Source: an uncultured Bacilli bacterium (GTDB taxonomy: Bacteria; Bacillota_I; Bacilli_A; ML615J-28; CAG-313). From it: DNA of 54,749 nt. The translations under genes and the position numbers were made by a program. Below the pieces are notes generated by a model. It was not told the origin of the DNA, made no database searches, and was given only the letters and a program-made list of their open reading frames with translations. Shown one piece after another: positions 42,142-53,043 of this stretch; the stretch's first letter is position 1; the number at the start of each line of letters is the position of its first letter. The stretch lies in the NCBI GenBank assembly GCA_934140285.1, contig CAKPBI010000012.1, positions 1 to 54,749 of the forward strand, given 5' to 3'.

Positions 42142-42720
42142 TTAATATAAATAATATGCTCCTCTTATTTTAGCAATTTCTCTTAGGAGTTTTTTATTTA
42201 GTTCATCTTTATCAAAAGTATTAAAATCAAGTTCCGTGAGTTTTCCTCTTTTTACAAATAACAAAGGATATTCTAAAGGTTTACCATCAAAATAGTCTTC
42301 TAAAAGATCTCTGCCATCTTCAACTATACCGTAACCTACACCATCGATTACTCTTGGAAGGTGATATCTCTCTTTTAATTCAATAGTGTCTAATATTTCA
42401 ATATTAAATTGATAGCCTGCACCAAAGTCATAAATCATTTGGAATTTATGTTTTTTTATCTTCAACATATCAAGAGTTACACCCCATGATTCTTTTCCAA
42501 CATCTGGATATCCCATTTCTTCGGCTTGATTAATACTAATTTCACATTCATACTCATATTTATCATCTTTAAATTTATATAAATGGTATGAAAGAGTATT
42601 AAAAATGGAAAGAATGGTAAAAGCTAATAAATCTAAATCACCAGTTTCTTTAAATAAAATTGTTCTATTTAGTCTTTCTTCATAATTATCAAGAGAAATT
42701 TTTAATTTATAATACTTCAT
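42142..42720 (-). CDS. Plasmid pRiA4b ORF-3 family protein (IS1096 TnpR-like passenger protein)
   Basis: 192 aa carrying the family hallmark YDFGAGYQFNIEIL (consensus YDFGDgWeHxI). Confidence 0.55.
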   Translation of the reverse strand: MKYYKLKISLDNYEERLNRTILFKETGDLDLLAFTILSIFNTLSYHLYKFKDDKYEYECEISINQAEEMGYPDVGKESWGVTLDMLKIKKHKFQMIYDFGAGYQFNIEILDTIELKERYHLPRVIDGVGYGIVEDGRDLLEDYFDGKPLEYPLLFVKRGKLTELDFNTFDKDELNKKLLREIAKIRGAYYLY

Positions 42721-43115
42721 TATTCTACTCCTTTTTATTTATAACATTTTTGATTTTTACTATTAGGTTCATCATGAAATGTTCGATGAATTAAACCGTT
42801 CTCAAGTGCTGGATTTAAATATGTGGAACGTGAGGTTTCTTTTGATTAAATTTCAAATCTAAGCATTAAAACGTTTGCTGAAAGAAGAATATCATATTTC
42901 ACTAAGTTAAGTATTCTTTTTAAAACATTCAAATTAGAAATTAATTTAATCTTTTTAATTATAGTGATTGTTTTTAAAAGCATAATATTAGTTATCGTAA
43001 ATGGAAACTCATACATAATATCACTCCTAACTAATAACATTATAACCAAAAAAACATATTACATCAATTATCTTGCTTAAAATAATTATTAAGATTTTTA
43101 TTTACTAGAGCTATT

Positions 43116-46100
43116 TTATTTATTATAGTTTGTCGCGTATAATCTTCTTAAGTAACTCCATTTAATTTCATTATAATTGCAACTGCTCGCAAGAGCTGTA
43201 ATGTTACCAGTCCCTACATGGTCAACTATGCAAACATTGTTTGTTTTACCATTTTCTATATTTTTGGTAATTGTGTTATAGTTAAGTGTAGAGTTCATTC
43301 CTTTAAGTTTGTTAAAAATATTAGGATATGCAACTTCAAATTCACTATATGTGTATTCTTCATAATAGTCTACTCCACGTTTAACCGCATTTTCATCCAT
43401 ATAAACAATATATTTTAAGTCATACATTGGTCCTTGTTCAGTCTCTTCTAAAATATAAATCCTAATTAATTCTAATTTTTCTTGTTTATCATATTCAAAT
43501 GAAATTAAATAGTCGTTACCATTAATTAAAACATCAGCAATTTGGTAATAGAAATTATAGTTAAGGAATGTACATTCATTGATTAAACCTTTGTTTAGAC
43601 CGACTATTCCTGATATTTCAAGAGAATCACTTAAATATTTACTGTTTCCTTCTCTAAAATTAATGAAGACTGCACGTTCAACAAAACTATTTTCAAGTAA
43701 TCCTTCATTATAACCTACTAAATTACCAATGTAAGTTTCAGTACTGCTTGGCAATGCAAATACTAAACTACCATTTCTACCAGCTTGTGTTGTATTTCTA
43801 ATTGTACCATAGTTACTTCCTACCACTGATCCAAGGTAACTTAAGTTATTACTTTCTAGTAATATCGTTCCATTCATTGAACTAAAGAAACCATCAATTG
43901 TTCCATTGTTTGTACCAATAGAACCACCAATTGTTATTTTCTTATTGGTTGTAATTGTTAAACCCACACTTTGACAACTTGCACAATCAATGATTCTACC
44001 AGTTGAAGTGACTTCTTTCGTAAAGGTACCAAATACTTCTTCTTTAGTTAGATTTCCTTCGTAGCTAAAGGCTGCACTTACAAATAGGTTATAAACTAAA
44101 CCACTAATTTTGGAGAATAGACCAAAGTCTTCTGATTTATCTACTTTTGCAATAAATCTAATGTTATGACCATTTCCATTAAATTTACCAGAGAAACCAT
44201 CTTTTGATGTTTTGCCTAAACTTTCCCATTTAATTGCATCTGCAAAGTCAGTATAAGCGGTAATACCAGTTAGTAAAATGTCATTTGTTAAAACATAGTT
44301 GGCATTAGGTGCATCATTTACTTTCTTAAGGTCTTCAAAATCTTTGATTTCAATTCCATAACATGCAAATAATTCAATGTTACCTTCGATTGCTGTTACT
44401 GGATTACCGTCTTTATCTTCATAATGACTGAAGATTAAGTTGTCTTTATCATAACTTGGTTTTTCAAGGTCTTTTGTTAAAGTACCAAATAGAACATTTT
44501 GTACTTTCTTTTCTGTTGAATTATCGCTAAACTTACCGATTGCACTATTGATTGTTACGGTAAAGCCTTCTGTGTTATCTTCAAATACTGCATAGTATGT
44601 TGTCTTTTTCGTGTAAACCATATTGTTTAGTTCATCCATGGTTATTAAATCATCACCATCGGTAGTCCAACCTACAAAGTGTTTACCATTACATTTTGGT
44701 ACATCTGTAAAGGTGATTTGATCACCACTTTTACCGAAATGATGAATTTCAACACTACCATCAGAGAATAGCATTAAGCCATCAATGATGTCTTTTTCTT
44801 CATTAACCCCACTATATGGTTCTGATTTAAAGGTGATTTCTACTTGTGCTTTTGTATCATGAAGATAAACTGCCGTATAAACGCGATCCTCTTCAAAGGT
44901 TACTTCTTCACCAGCTTTTACTTTAATAGTTGTTTCAACATTATTTTCATCAATAATAGTTGTTACAAATCCATCAAAGATATAGTATTCATCACTATAA
45001 TAGTAAACATTTGGAGCTTTTACGGTTGTTCCATAATTTTGAGTATAATTAACGAAATGACGTAAATCACCCATAACACCATTACAGTAAACACCTTCTA
45101 ATTCATTACCATCTGTATCATAACATTTACCATCGGAAATAAAGGTAATTGTTACTTCTTTTACTACTGGTTCCATAAAGATAATTTCTACATCGGTATT
45201 ATGGTCAAATGGAATTCTTGCCATATAGTTATCATTATAGAACTCGCTGATGTATTCTACACCATCTACTACCCATTTTAAGTGACTTGGTAAGTATGTT
45301 TTTGATTTAACATCAACTTTAAACATACTAGCAAGTAGGTAGTATGAAGTTCCATAAGTTCCCTCTACCGTAAGGGTCGTTTCTTCTTTGTTATTGTTAA
45401 AATAAACAATACCTGTGCCATCACCACTTGGAGCTTCTACTTGACCTCTAAAGTTAAGAGTTATTGTAGAAGGCTCTAAGATGTAATAAGCATAATATGT
45501 TTGATCACCTGTTCCAACATTAATTTCTAAATCCGTAATTCTCGTTGTTTCATCATAAAGTCTTGTTGTCCAATAAACAAAAACAAAAGTACCTGCTTCA
45601 GTTTGATAGTTAGTTGGGAAAATTTCACTTAGGTTGAGTATTTTATCAAATTGACCTTTTACTTGATATAACTTATTACCATCTTCAAAAGTTCCATCAA
45701 CCGCATCAAAAGTTATGGTATATTCTTTCTTTTCTTCTTGGTAGTTAGCTTTAAAGGTTAGATTACGTTTAATATTACCAGTCAAATCTTTTTCACTACC
45801 GATGATGTAAGTATCAATATCAACTCCCCAGTCAAGGAAAGTATATTGCCACTTACCTTCCGCATCAACTCTTGAAGGAGTCTCAATATTTTCTTGGTCT
45901 AAAACTTCTCTTAAAGTCTTTCCATAGTAATCACCTTTAACAATTTGATCATAATATTCATAACCGTAGTCAGAGTAATTCATAAAGTAAATTGTAACCT
46001 CAACTTTGCTTTCTTCAAATAAAGGAGTATATGTTACTGATGAAGTAAAGGCTACTCTCGTATTTGCATAGTAAAGTTCACCATTTTCATTTTTCCAACC

Positions 46101-49100
46101 GACGTAAGTATAGAATTTGTTAGACGTCATATCATAGTAATCATTTAAAGCTGGGAATGAATAATAGGAATCTTCATCTTCTTTACCATAGTTCCACATT
46201 TTACCTTTGACATTTAATACTGTCTTACCATCTTCAATTTCAATATTTCTACTATCAACAAATGATTGTAGTGGATTATCTAAAATGAATTTTGCATTTA
46301 ATTTTTTATAAGAATAATCTGCGGTTACATTGATATCAAAATCTTTACTTGGCATATTTTGTGGGTAAGTCGATAAGTCAGGCCAATTAACAACATAACC
46401 TTCTTCTAATACTTGATTTAGTAAACTACGTGGATAATCTAGGTAAGAACTTACGATTCTTTCATCATCAAAGTTTACTTTTAAAAGTTCGTAGTTGATC
46501 TTTTCGCCTTCTTTTACAGGATAACTACCAATATGTTTACCATCAAGGATGATATTAATATAATAAACTGGTAAACTAGCCAGTCCTTTTCTTTCATAAA
46601 GAACATAGTATATGCGGTTTTTATCAACTTTCGGCATATCTTCTACTTTATAATAACGATTATTATCATAATCATTGTTATTAATATCCATATAGCCAGT
46701 AACTATGTAAGTTTTACCATCATGGACAAACTCTGATCCAATACCATATTCTTGAGGTGGCAGTGGCGTGATTTCTTTACCACGATAGTCAAATGGTCGA
46801 TATTCTTGTTTAACTCTTGTTACCGATGTGGTTTCTAAAACATATGTTTCCGTATAAACAATAGTATCATCATATTTAGCATAGAAATCAAAACTATTAC
46901 TTTCACTGTTAAAGCCATTAATATAGTAATTATTAGTTTTATCAACCATAACCTTTGGGTACATTTTACTTTCAACATTTAAGCCTTTAAATACTTGGGA
47001 AGTTTTATCAACTAGATAATAGTTATTAGTAAAGGATAAGCCTTTTGGATTTTCATATCCTACATATTTTTTACCATCAATAGTTGGAACGGGAACTTCA
47101 TCAGTATGTACAATAAATGATTGTAAGTATGGTACATAGTTCATTTTAAATGAACCTACAAGTATATACTTTTCAATCGTTGAAGAACTACTATAATCAG
47201 GTACATAGAAATTACCTTCATAAGTTATTAATTTCCATTTTAAACGATAGTAGGTTGTTGATAAATCTTCATATCTAACTTTATTGAATTTACCATCCCA
47301 GTTTTCATCAACTTTATCTCCTAAATATGGGTAGTATTTTTCCCATAGATCATTGATGTCAAGATAATAACCATGACGAATTGGAAACATTGAAGGATCG
47401 GTAATTGGATTTACAACATATTCTCCTTCGGTTACCGCTTGGAAATCAATAACTTCTGAGAATTTAGTTCCAAATCCGTTATCATATTCATTTACGAATT
47501 TACTATTCTTTACCGCAAGATCACGCCCATGAGCATTGTAGTATTCCATGTAAACAATTCTTTCAATACCACTTGCCATCATTCCACTCTTTGGCAGTAA
47601 GGTTAGTTTTACTACGAATTTTAATGATTTTGGTTGATATTTTTTACTGATGTGCGTTCCTTGCCCACCTGTTAGTGTTACATAATTTTGATAATCGTCA
47701 GTTTGATAATTTGGATCATCAACAAATTCTATTTGGTAGTCAAAGCATCCGCCATATTGGTTGTGACTTGCTCTATCGATTACTCTTTCTCCGGTGACAA
47801 TATCTAAATATAGCATTTCAATATTTCTCATATTTACACCACTATATCTACCGGTTATAACATAAGGATCCTCTGGAGAATTACTTTTTTCCACAAATTC
47901 GAGTGGGATTAAGCGATCTCCTACATCATATAGTTTAATTTTAGTATCAAATAAATCTGTATTAATATCATATACTAAGAACATAGCACCGATTTTAGCA
48001 TTAACAAAAAGTCCAACTTCCAAATATATTCCCCCATATACTTGGGTTGCACTGACTTTTCTTACTGCATCATAGCTATATCTGAAACTTACTAACCCAC
48101 TTATTTCAATATATGGACCAAATCGGAATGAAACATATACGGCCGCAACTGAATTTAGTTGTAAAACTGATAAAGAAAGTTTCGCTTCAAGTCCACATCT
48201 AAATCCTACTTGACCTTTTAAGGTTATCGCAATGTCAATTTCATTTTCGGTAGTAACACGTGAAAATTTGAAAGAGTCATACATCACTGGTTTATTTCTA
48301 CCATCAAATTCACCAGTACCATTAGTTAGGGTTGTTGATTCAACATAATGATGATTAAACTCAATGTAAAGTCCTGCTCTAGCTCCAATAGAACCAACAA
48401 CATTAAATTCTATTTGTACACTTACAACCGGAAGTGGTAATGGAATAGCTCCAAGTTGAATATTGAAAATATCAACATACTCAAGTTCACTACCTTCTTC
48501 TTCAAATAAAGGACTATTAGTGATAGCTTCAGTAAATTTATTGTAAGCATTTTTATTTAAATCGATGATTTCTTTAATTTCATTGGATATATCAATACGA
48601 TTTAAAGTATCATCGCTATCTGTTGCTTCTATTTTTGCTTCTAATGATATTGAGAAATCATTACTTAAGTTTACTTGAACATTAGTATAGAACCAAAGTA
48701 ATGGATTAAGCGTTATTTTTTTAGATTTATAGATCGTATAGTTGTAATTTACTTCCGTTTTGTTTTTTATTACAACACTAACTTCAATTTTAAACTTTTT
48801 GATTTGAAGTTCCCCACTAAGTTCGATTTCAAATCCTAGAGAAGTTCCACTAATGTCAACTTTTACTTTTGGACGTTGGAAAGAGAATCCAGCAAGTTTT
48901 TGCATGAATACTTCTCTTTCATTTACATCTTTAATGTTTGATGCATATTCAGCGATGGTCTTAGACTTGTTTAATGATTTTACAATTGAAGATTTGATTT
49001 TTTCTAAACCTTCGTTATGTTCAAGATTTTCGATAATCATCTCTTCAGATAGTTCAATCATTCCCTCTAACCTGGCTTCTTTATTACCATAAACATCAAG

Positions 49101-50264
49101 TTCATCATAGATGTCATCAACATTTGGTGTTATAACATCAATGATTAAGAAATTATCTTCAAAGATTTCATTACCAATTACATATTGAAGTCTTTCTACT
49201 TTAGCACTGATGACTTTACAAATATAATCATTATCAAGTGGTTTGTCATTTTCTCCGATAGTCAATAAATCGCCAATCTTTATGTTTTCTTTTGTTCTAA
49301 GAGTGATACGATTTACTTCTTTTTCTAAATCTTGATCAATAAAAGTATAAATATTTTCTTCAAATTTGGCGACATCAGTATTTTTGATGTGCGTACTTGG
49401 ATTTTTCTTGATTATTTCTCGTTCTTCTTTTTTAATGGTTAAAGTTAACTCATCAGCATTCTCAATTTCATTATCATCAACTTTACAGAAGAAAAGATCA
49501 GAAATACGAGTTTTAATAAAGTAGTTTTCGCCTTCAACCAAATCAGAAATGGTTGAAATTAGGTAATAACCTTGGTTATTAGTTGGTTTACAAACAAGAG
49601 AAATAGTTTCACCGCTCGTGGTTTCTCCGTAAATGTAATCATTTAGATTTTCATCATGTAAGATTAAATTAGGTGAATATACTTCAATTTGTGGAGTTTG
49701 ATTTACATTTTTTACACTTTTGATTCTTTTTATTACACCAGCAGCTTCCTTACTGTATGAAGCATATATAGTTATAGTTTTATTTGTAACATCTGTATCC
49801 CATACTTTTTTGTTACACTCCTCATCATAAAACCATCCCGCAAACACGTATCCTTCTTTATAGGCATAGCCAAGATTATCAAGTTTTCCATCTTCATCAA
49901 TTAATATTGATTCTTGGCATACACCGCCATTCGCATTTAATATTATCTTAATACCATATCTTGCATAAAGAGTTATATCGTTTTGGACAATTATTTCCAT
50001 TTCACTCTTAGAAGTAAAATCACTGTCAAAGTACCATCCTCTAAATTCACGGTTTTCTTTTTCCGCAGTTGGAAGGGTTACCTTGCTACCTTTTGGATAA
50101 CGTTTATTTTCAATTTTGTTACCACCATTTACTTCATAGGTTATCGTCACATACTCTTCTTTAGGAGCTTTGCAACTAAAAACAATTCCTAGAGTTACAC
50201 CGATAACAACAAATAATATCGGAATCGCAATTAACAAAACTTTCTTTAGCATATTTTTATTCAT
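43116..50264 (-). CDS. Giant (2382-aa) cell-surface protein: N-terminal signal-anchor helix, multiple Listeria-Bacteroides repeats, long beta-rich middle, C-terminal GLUG-type repeats
   Basis: N-terminal TM helix VLLIAIPILFVVIGVTLGIVF. Repeats REFRGWYFD, YVFAGWFYDE, YTFLDWGVD, YTITFDAVDG...FVYW and HFVGWTTDG. C-terminal GSVVGSNYGTI..IGNLVGYNEGLLENS..ISGIVGLNKGLINEC in the GLUG style. AAAGGAGAAG RBS. Starts 22 bp after the tetR stop. Confidence 0.7.
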   Translation of the reverse strand: MNKNMLKKVLLIAIPILFVVIGVTLGIVFSCKAPKEEYVTITYEVNGGNKIENKRYPKGSKVTLPTAEKENREFRGWYFDSDFTSKSEMEIIVQNDITLYARYGIKIILNANGGVCQESILIDEDGKLDNLGYAYKEGYVFAGWFYDEECNKKVWDTDVTNKTITIYASYSKEAAGVIKRIKSVKNVNQTPQIEVYSPNLILHDENLNDYIYGETTSGETISLVCKPTNNQGYYLISTISDLVEGENYFIKTRISDLFFCKVDDNEIENADELTLTIKKEEREIIKKNPSTHIKNTDVAKFEENIYTFIDQDLEKEVNRITLRTKENIKIGDLLTIGENDKPLDNDYICKVISAKVERLQYVIGNEIFEDNFLIIDVITPNVDDIYDELDVYGNKEARLEGMIELSEEMIIENLEHNEGLEKIKSSIVKSLNKSKTIAEYASNIKDVNEREVFMQKLAGFSFQRPKVKVDISGTSLGFEIELSGELQIKKFKIEVSVVIKNKTEVNYNYTIYKSKKITLNPLLWFYTNVQVNLSNDFSISLEAKIEATDSDDTLNRIDISNEIKEIIDLNKNAYNKFTEAITNSPLFEEEGSELEYVDIFNIQLGAIPLPLPVVSVQIEFNVVGSIGARAGLYIEFNHHYVESTTLTNGTGEFDGRNKPVMYDSFKFSRVTTENEIDIAITLKGQVGFRCGLEAKLSLSVLQLNSVAAVYVSFRFGPYIEISGLVSFRYSYDAVRKVSATQVYGGIYLEVGLFVNAKIGAMFLVYDINTDLFDTKIKLYDVGDRLIPLEFVEKSNSPEDPYVITGRYSGVNMRNIEMLYLDIVTGERVIDRASHNQYGGCFDYQIEFVDDPNYQTDDYQNYVTLTGGQGTHISKKYQPKSLKFVVKLTLLPKSGMMASGIERIVYMEYYNAHGRDLAVKNSKFVNEYDNGFGTKFSEVIDFQAVTEGEYVVNPITDPSMFPIRHGYYLDINDLWEKYYPYLGDKVDENWDGKFNKVRYEDLSTTYYRLKWKLITYEGNFYVPDYSSSSTIEKYILVGSFKMNYVPYLQSFIVHTDEVPVPTIDGKKYVGYENPKGLSFTNNYYLVDKTSQVFKGLNVESKMYPKVMVDKTNNYYINGFNSESNSFDFYAKYDDTIVYTETYVLETTSVTRVKQEYRPFDYRGKEITPLPPQEYGIGSEFVHDGKTYIVTGYMDINNNDYDNNRYYKVEDMPKVDKNRIYYVLYERKGLASLPVYYINIILDGKHIGSYPVKEGEKINYELLKVNFDDERIVSSYLDYPRSLLNQVLEEGYVVNWPDLSTYPQNMPSKDFDINVTADYSYKKLNAKFILDNPLQSFVDSRNIEIEDGKTVLNVKGKMWNYGKEDEDSYYSFPALNDYYDMTSNKFYTYVGWKNENGELYYANTRVAFTSSVTYTPLFEESKVEVTIYFMNYSDYGYEYYDQIVKGDYYGKTLREVLDQENIETPSRVDAEGKWQYTFLDWGVDIDTYIIGSEKDLTGNIKRNLTFKANYQEEKKEYTITFDAVDGTFEDGNKLYQVKGQFDKILNLSEIFPTNYQTEAGTFVFVYWTTRLYDETTRITDLEINVGTGDQTYYAYYILEPSTITLNFRGQVEAPSGDGTGIVYFNNNKEETTLTVEGTYGTSYYLLASMFKVDVKSKTYLPSHLKWVVDGVEYISEFYNDNYMARIPFDHNTDVEIIFMEPVVKEVTITFISDGKCYDTDGNELEGVYCNGVMGDLRHFVNYTQNYGTTVKAPNVYYYSDEYYIFDGFVTTIIDENNVETTIKVKAGEEVTFEEDRVYTAVYLHDTKAQVEITFKSEPYSGVNEEKDIIDGLMLFSDGSVEIHHFGKSGDQITFTDVPKCNGKHFVGWTTDGDDLITMDELNNMVYTKKTTYYAVFEDNTEGFTVTINSAIGKFSDNSTEKKVQNVLFGTLTKDLEKPSYDKDNLIFSHYEDKDGNPVTAIEGNIELFACYGIEIKDFEDLKKVNDAPNANYVLTNDILLTGITAYTDFADAIKWESLGKTSKDGFSGKFNGNGHNIRFIAKVDKSEDFGLFSKISGLVYNLFVSAAFSYEGNLTKEEVFGTFTKEVTSTGRIIDCASCQSVGLTITTNKKITIGGSIGTNNGTIDGFFSSMNGTILLESNNLSYLGSVVGSNYGTIRNTTQAGRNGSLVFALPSSTETYIGNLVGYNEGLLENSFVERAVFINFREGNSKYLSDSLEISGIVGLNKGLINECTFLNYNFYYQIADVLINGNDYLISFEYDKQEKLELIRIYILEETEQGPMYDLKYIVYMDENAVKRGVDYYEEYTYSEFEVAYPNIFNKLKGMNSTLNYNTITKNIENGKTNNVCIVDHVGTGNITALASSCNYNEIKWSYLRRLYATNYNK

Positions 50265-50286
50265 ACTTACTTCTCCTTTTCTTTAT

Positions 50287-50859
50287 TTATTTCTTTTGAA
50301 TAAACATTTTTACCGCCTCTTTCAATAATGACATTTGAGACATCATATAATGCTTATCTTCAAACATTGCATAGTGTACAGAAGCTCTAACAAAAATAAA
50401 GATAAGTGGTAAGATTATGGTATAAGATACGCCAAGCTTTGGTTCAAGCATTTTTGCATATTCCGTGTATCTTTTTCCAACACCTGCAAAAAACTTCTTA
50501 CCATATTCAATATATTTCGGATGAGTATACACTTGATACATTAAACGATATTTTTTCCCATGTTTTTTTGCGGTCCACTCAGGGATTTCTTCAATAAATC
50601 GGTTAATATCTTCGGGATTTTTAGGAGCTTTTTCCATAAATTCATCTTCTACTTTGGTCATGCAATAATCTGTAGATTGAATAATTAAATCATCAATATC
50701 TTTAAAGTAAAGATAAAATGTTGCTCTTGAGATTTTTGCGGCCTCAGCTAATGCGGCAATCCCCGTACCATGTAGACCGTTTTCAGCATAGCATTCATAA
50801 CAAGCTTCCATTATTTGTGCTTTCTTTTCATTATATGACTGTTCATTTCTTACCCTCAT
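50287..50859 (-). CDS. TetR/AcrR-family transcriptional regulator
   Basis: HTH GLHGTGIAALAEAAKISRATFYLYF and a 190-aa TetR architecture. Confidence 0.8.
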   Translation of the reverse strand: MRVRNEQSYNEKKAQIMEACYECYAENGLHGTGIAALAEAAKISRATFYLYFKDIDDLIIQSTDYCMTKVEDEFMEKAPKNPEDINRFIEEIPEWTAKKHGKKYRLMYQVYTHPKYIEYGKKFFAGVGKRYTEYAKMLEPKLGVSYTIILPLIFIFVRASVHYAMFEDKHYMMSQMSLLKEAVKMFIQKK

Positions 50860-50880
50860 TTTCTATCATCCTTTCATTGT

Positions 50881-50925
50881 ATGAACGTTCATTCATATTA
50901 TAACATATTTACCACATAAATGCAA
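50881..50925 (-). promoter_or_regulatory. Sigma-A promoter with a perfect 12-bp palindromic candidate TetR operator
   Basis: Minus-strand TTGCAT, 17-nt spacer, TATAAT. The palindrome ATGAACGTTCAT (50881-50892) follows 4 nt downstream of the -10, then the RBS AAAGGATGA and the tetR ATG. Confidence 0.45.
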
Positions 50926-50955
50926 AAAAAGAGTTAGAAAATATTTTCTAACTCA
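50922..50955 (-). terminator. Terminator of the upstream lipoprotein gene
   Basis: Stem gagttagaaaa/ttttctaactc at 50931-50954. On the minus strand it is followed by TTTTTTTGC. Confidence 0.55.
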
Positions 50956-50965
50956 CATTATTAGA

Positions 50966-51991
50966 TTAATCCATAATACTTTCTAGGGTTAACAATTTGA
51001 AGTATTCCTTTGGACATTCAATTATATCTAAAGCACATCCTAAAAATACATCTTTAACAACGATCGTACCTTTTGAAAGTTTAAGGTATTCCATATTTAT
51101 GTTATGGGATTGATGTTCATAAAAATAATTAACCGGAACAAAGTCTATAGATCCACTTATAAAACGTAATTTAATAATTATTACATTATTAGTAAAAAAC
51201 AGAGCAGCCTTTGTTTCAGTAAATAACTTATAAGTTGCCGATTTTTCGATAATTCCTCCACTTGGTAATTTGGAAAAAATTTCAAAATATTGTTTAGAAT
51301 CATCAATTATTAAATACTTTTTAACAGTTTGGTCTTCTCCTCTAAAGAAATCAAGTATTTCAGGTCCCGTATTATGATTTGAATAAAACATTGAAGTTGT
51401 ATTTAATCCACTTTCCGTTAAATTTGAATCAAGTTTATACTTACATATATTGCAGTATCCATCTTCATCACTATCATTATGGGAAATAAACTTTTCATCA
51501 TTCTTACAACCACAAGTATATAATTTATAGTGACCTTCTTTAGAGCGGTACCAAGTATAGGTATGTTCAAACATAGCTTCAACATAGTTAATATCAAAAT
51601 TTTTATTTTGTGATTTATAATATTTATTATTATAGTATAACAAATTTAGCCATGTTACTGTAATGTTTTTAACAACTTCATCTGCTTCATTATAAAAGAT
51701 AAATTCATAATTAACAGCTTGTGGGTCAACGTAACTAACATAAATATATGTTTCATCTTCTACTAAAGAAAGACTCATAAAATCATTACAAATATGATTT
51801 ATTTGGTCTTTATTTTCAATATTAATAATATGAAGATTTTCATCTATGGTTTCACTATTCTTTTTGACTACAATTTTACTTGTTGTTGTAAGATCATCAA
51901 TTTGAATAGTTGGTTTAGAAGTTTTACATCCTGTTATACAAAATGTTATTAACGGTAAATAAAATATCATTAATATCTTTTTCATATTCAC
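50966..51991 (-). CDS. Hypothetical lipoprotein
   Basis: Lipobox LITFCITGCK. 341 aa with a Cys cluster CGC..C..C and no recognised domain. Confidence 0.45.
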   Translation of the reverse strand: MNMKKILMIFYLPLITFCITGCKTSKPTIQIDDLTTTSKIVVKKNSETIDENLHIINIENKDQINHICNDFMSLSLVEDETYIYVSYVDPQAVNYEFIFYNEADEVVKNITVTWLNLLYYNNKYYKSQNKNFDINYVEAMFEHTYTWYRSKEGHYKLYTCGCKNDEKFISHNDSDEDGYCNICKYKLDSNLTESGLNTTSMFYSNHNTGPEILDFFRGEDQTVKKYLIIDDSKQYFEIFSKLPSGGIIEKSATYKLFTETKAALFFTNNVIIIKLRFISGSIDFVPVNYFYEHQSHNINMEYLKLSKGTIVVKDVFLGCALDIIECPKEYFKLLTLESIMD

Positions 51992-52013
51992 TCCTACTAA
52001 TTAATTTTATTTG

Positions 52014-52505
52014 CTATGCACAAAAAACAAAGTTTACCTCATCAATATCTAATGAATCTAATTTTACTATTAACCATTTAGTATCAGGTTTAGATGCATT
52101 AGGTGGATTGATTCCATTTGTTTTTTTAGTAATATATTCAATTGTTAATTTTTTCTCGTTATATTTTATATTTTTTAACTCATACTCACTATTTGATGCA
52201 GTTGTAAATGCATGCATTACAATCATTTCTTTAGTGAAATCTATCTCTTCAAATGTTTTAAAGGCATTCTTAAAACTAGTTTCATCATTAATTATTATCA
52301 TTCGCTCTTTAGGAAACGTATCATCGTCTATGTAATGTCCATCCTTTGAATCAGCACCAAAAGTTTTGTTATTTATTATAAATTCTTCGTTAAATTCATA
52401 GTCATCATTAATTATTCTGGCATTATAAGGTATCGTTTTTTTACATCCTGTTAAACAAATTAATAAAGCAAATGTTAACATTACTGTTATTTTTCTTAGT
52501 TTCAT
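52014..52505 (-). CDS. Hypothetical lipoprotein
   Basis: Lipobox LLICLTGCKK. 163 aa. Confidence 0.45.
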   Translation of the reverse strand: MKLRKITVMLTFALLICLTGCKKTIPYNARIINDDYEFNEEFIINNKTFGADSKDGHYIDDDTFPKERMIIINDETSFKNAFKTFEEIDFTKEMIVMHAFTTASNSEYELKNIKYNEKKLTIEYITKKTNGINPPNASKPDTKWLIVKLDSLDIDEVNFVFCA

Positions 52506-52517
52506 TTTTTCACTTCC

Positions 52518-52952
52518 TTATTTAATATTGTTTTCAATTTTGTTGAAAACTTCATCTACATCAGCTACCAAACTAAATTTATAATTTTTATTATTGGTAG
52601 TAATTAAGATGGTACCATAACTAAAGGTTGTTGAATTTCTTCCTTTCAAATGTTTTATCTCAACATTTTTGATATCACTAAAAGGGATAGTATCATTAGC
52701 ATCACAATTTATATAGATGTTTTGTGAATCATAGTAAAGCATTACTTTTGGTTTAAAGAGATACTCAAAGGTTAGATAAGTTCCATATACTCCAAGTGCC
52801 ACAAGCGGGATTGATGTTCCAATCTTTATTGCGAGATGTTCAACTTTAAAAAGCCAAATATTAAATACAAATAGTATTCCAAGGATCATAAAGGTAACTG
52901 GTACGATTAAATATGATTTAGGGGCTTTACGAGCTAAGATTTCTTTTTTCAT
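52518..52952 (-). CDS. Bacterial PH-domain (YdbS/YdbT-like) membrane protein
   Basis: 144 aa with two N-terminal TM helices and then a PH-like soluble domain. Confidence 0.4.
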   Translation of the reverse strand: MKKEILARKAPKSYLIVPVTFMILGILFVFNIWLFKVEHLAIKIGTSIPLVALGVYGTYLTFEYLFKPKVMLYYDSQNIYINCDANDTIPFSDIKNVEIKHLKGRNSTTFSYGTILITTNNKNYKFSLVADVDEVFNKIENNIK

Positions 52953-53043
52953 TGTTTAATCTCTCCTTAATATTTATTCTCTCTCAATATAATTATATAA
53001 TAAGTGTTATGTTTTATCAAATAATTAATTAATTTTTGCTTTG

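Noticed and set aside
42846-43049. 67-aa minus-strand ORF
   Set aside because: It is an intergenic AT-rich stretch with no RBS and no homology signal.
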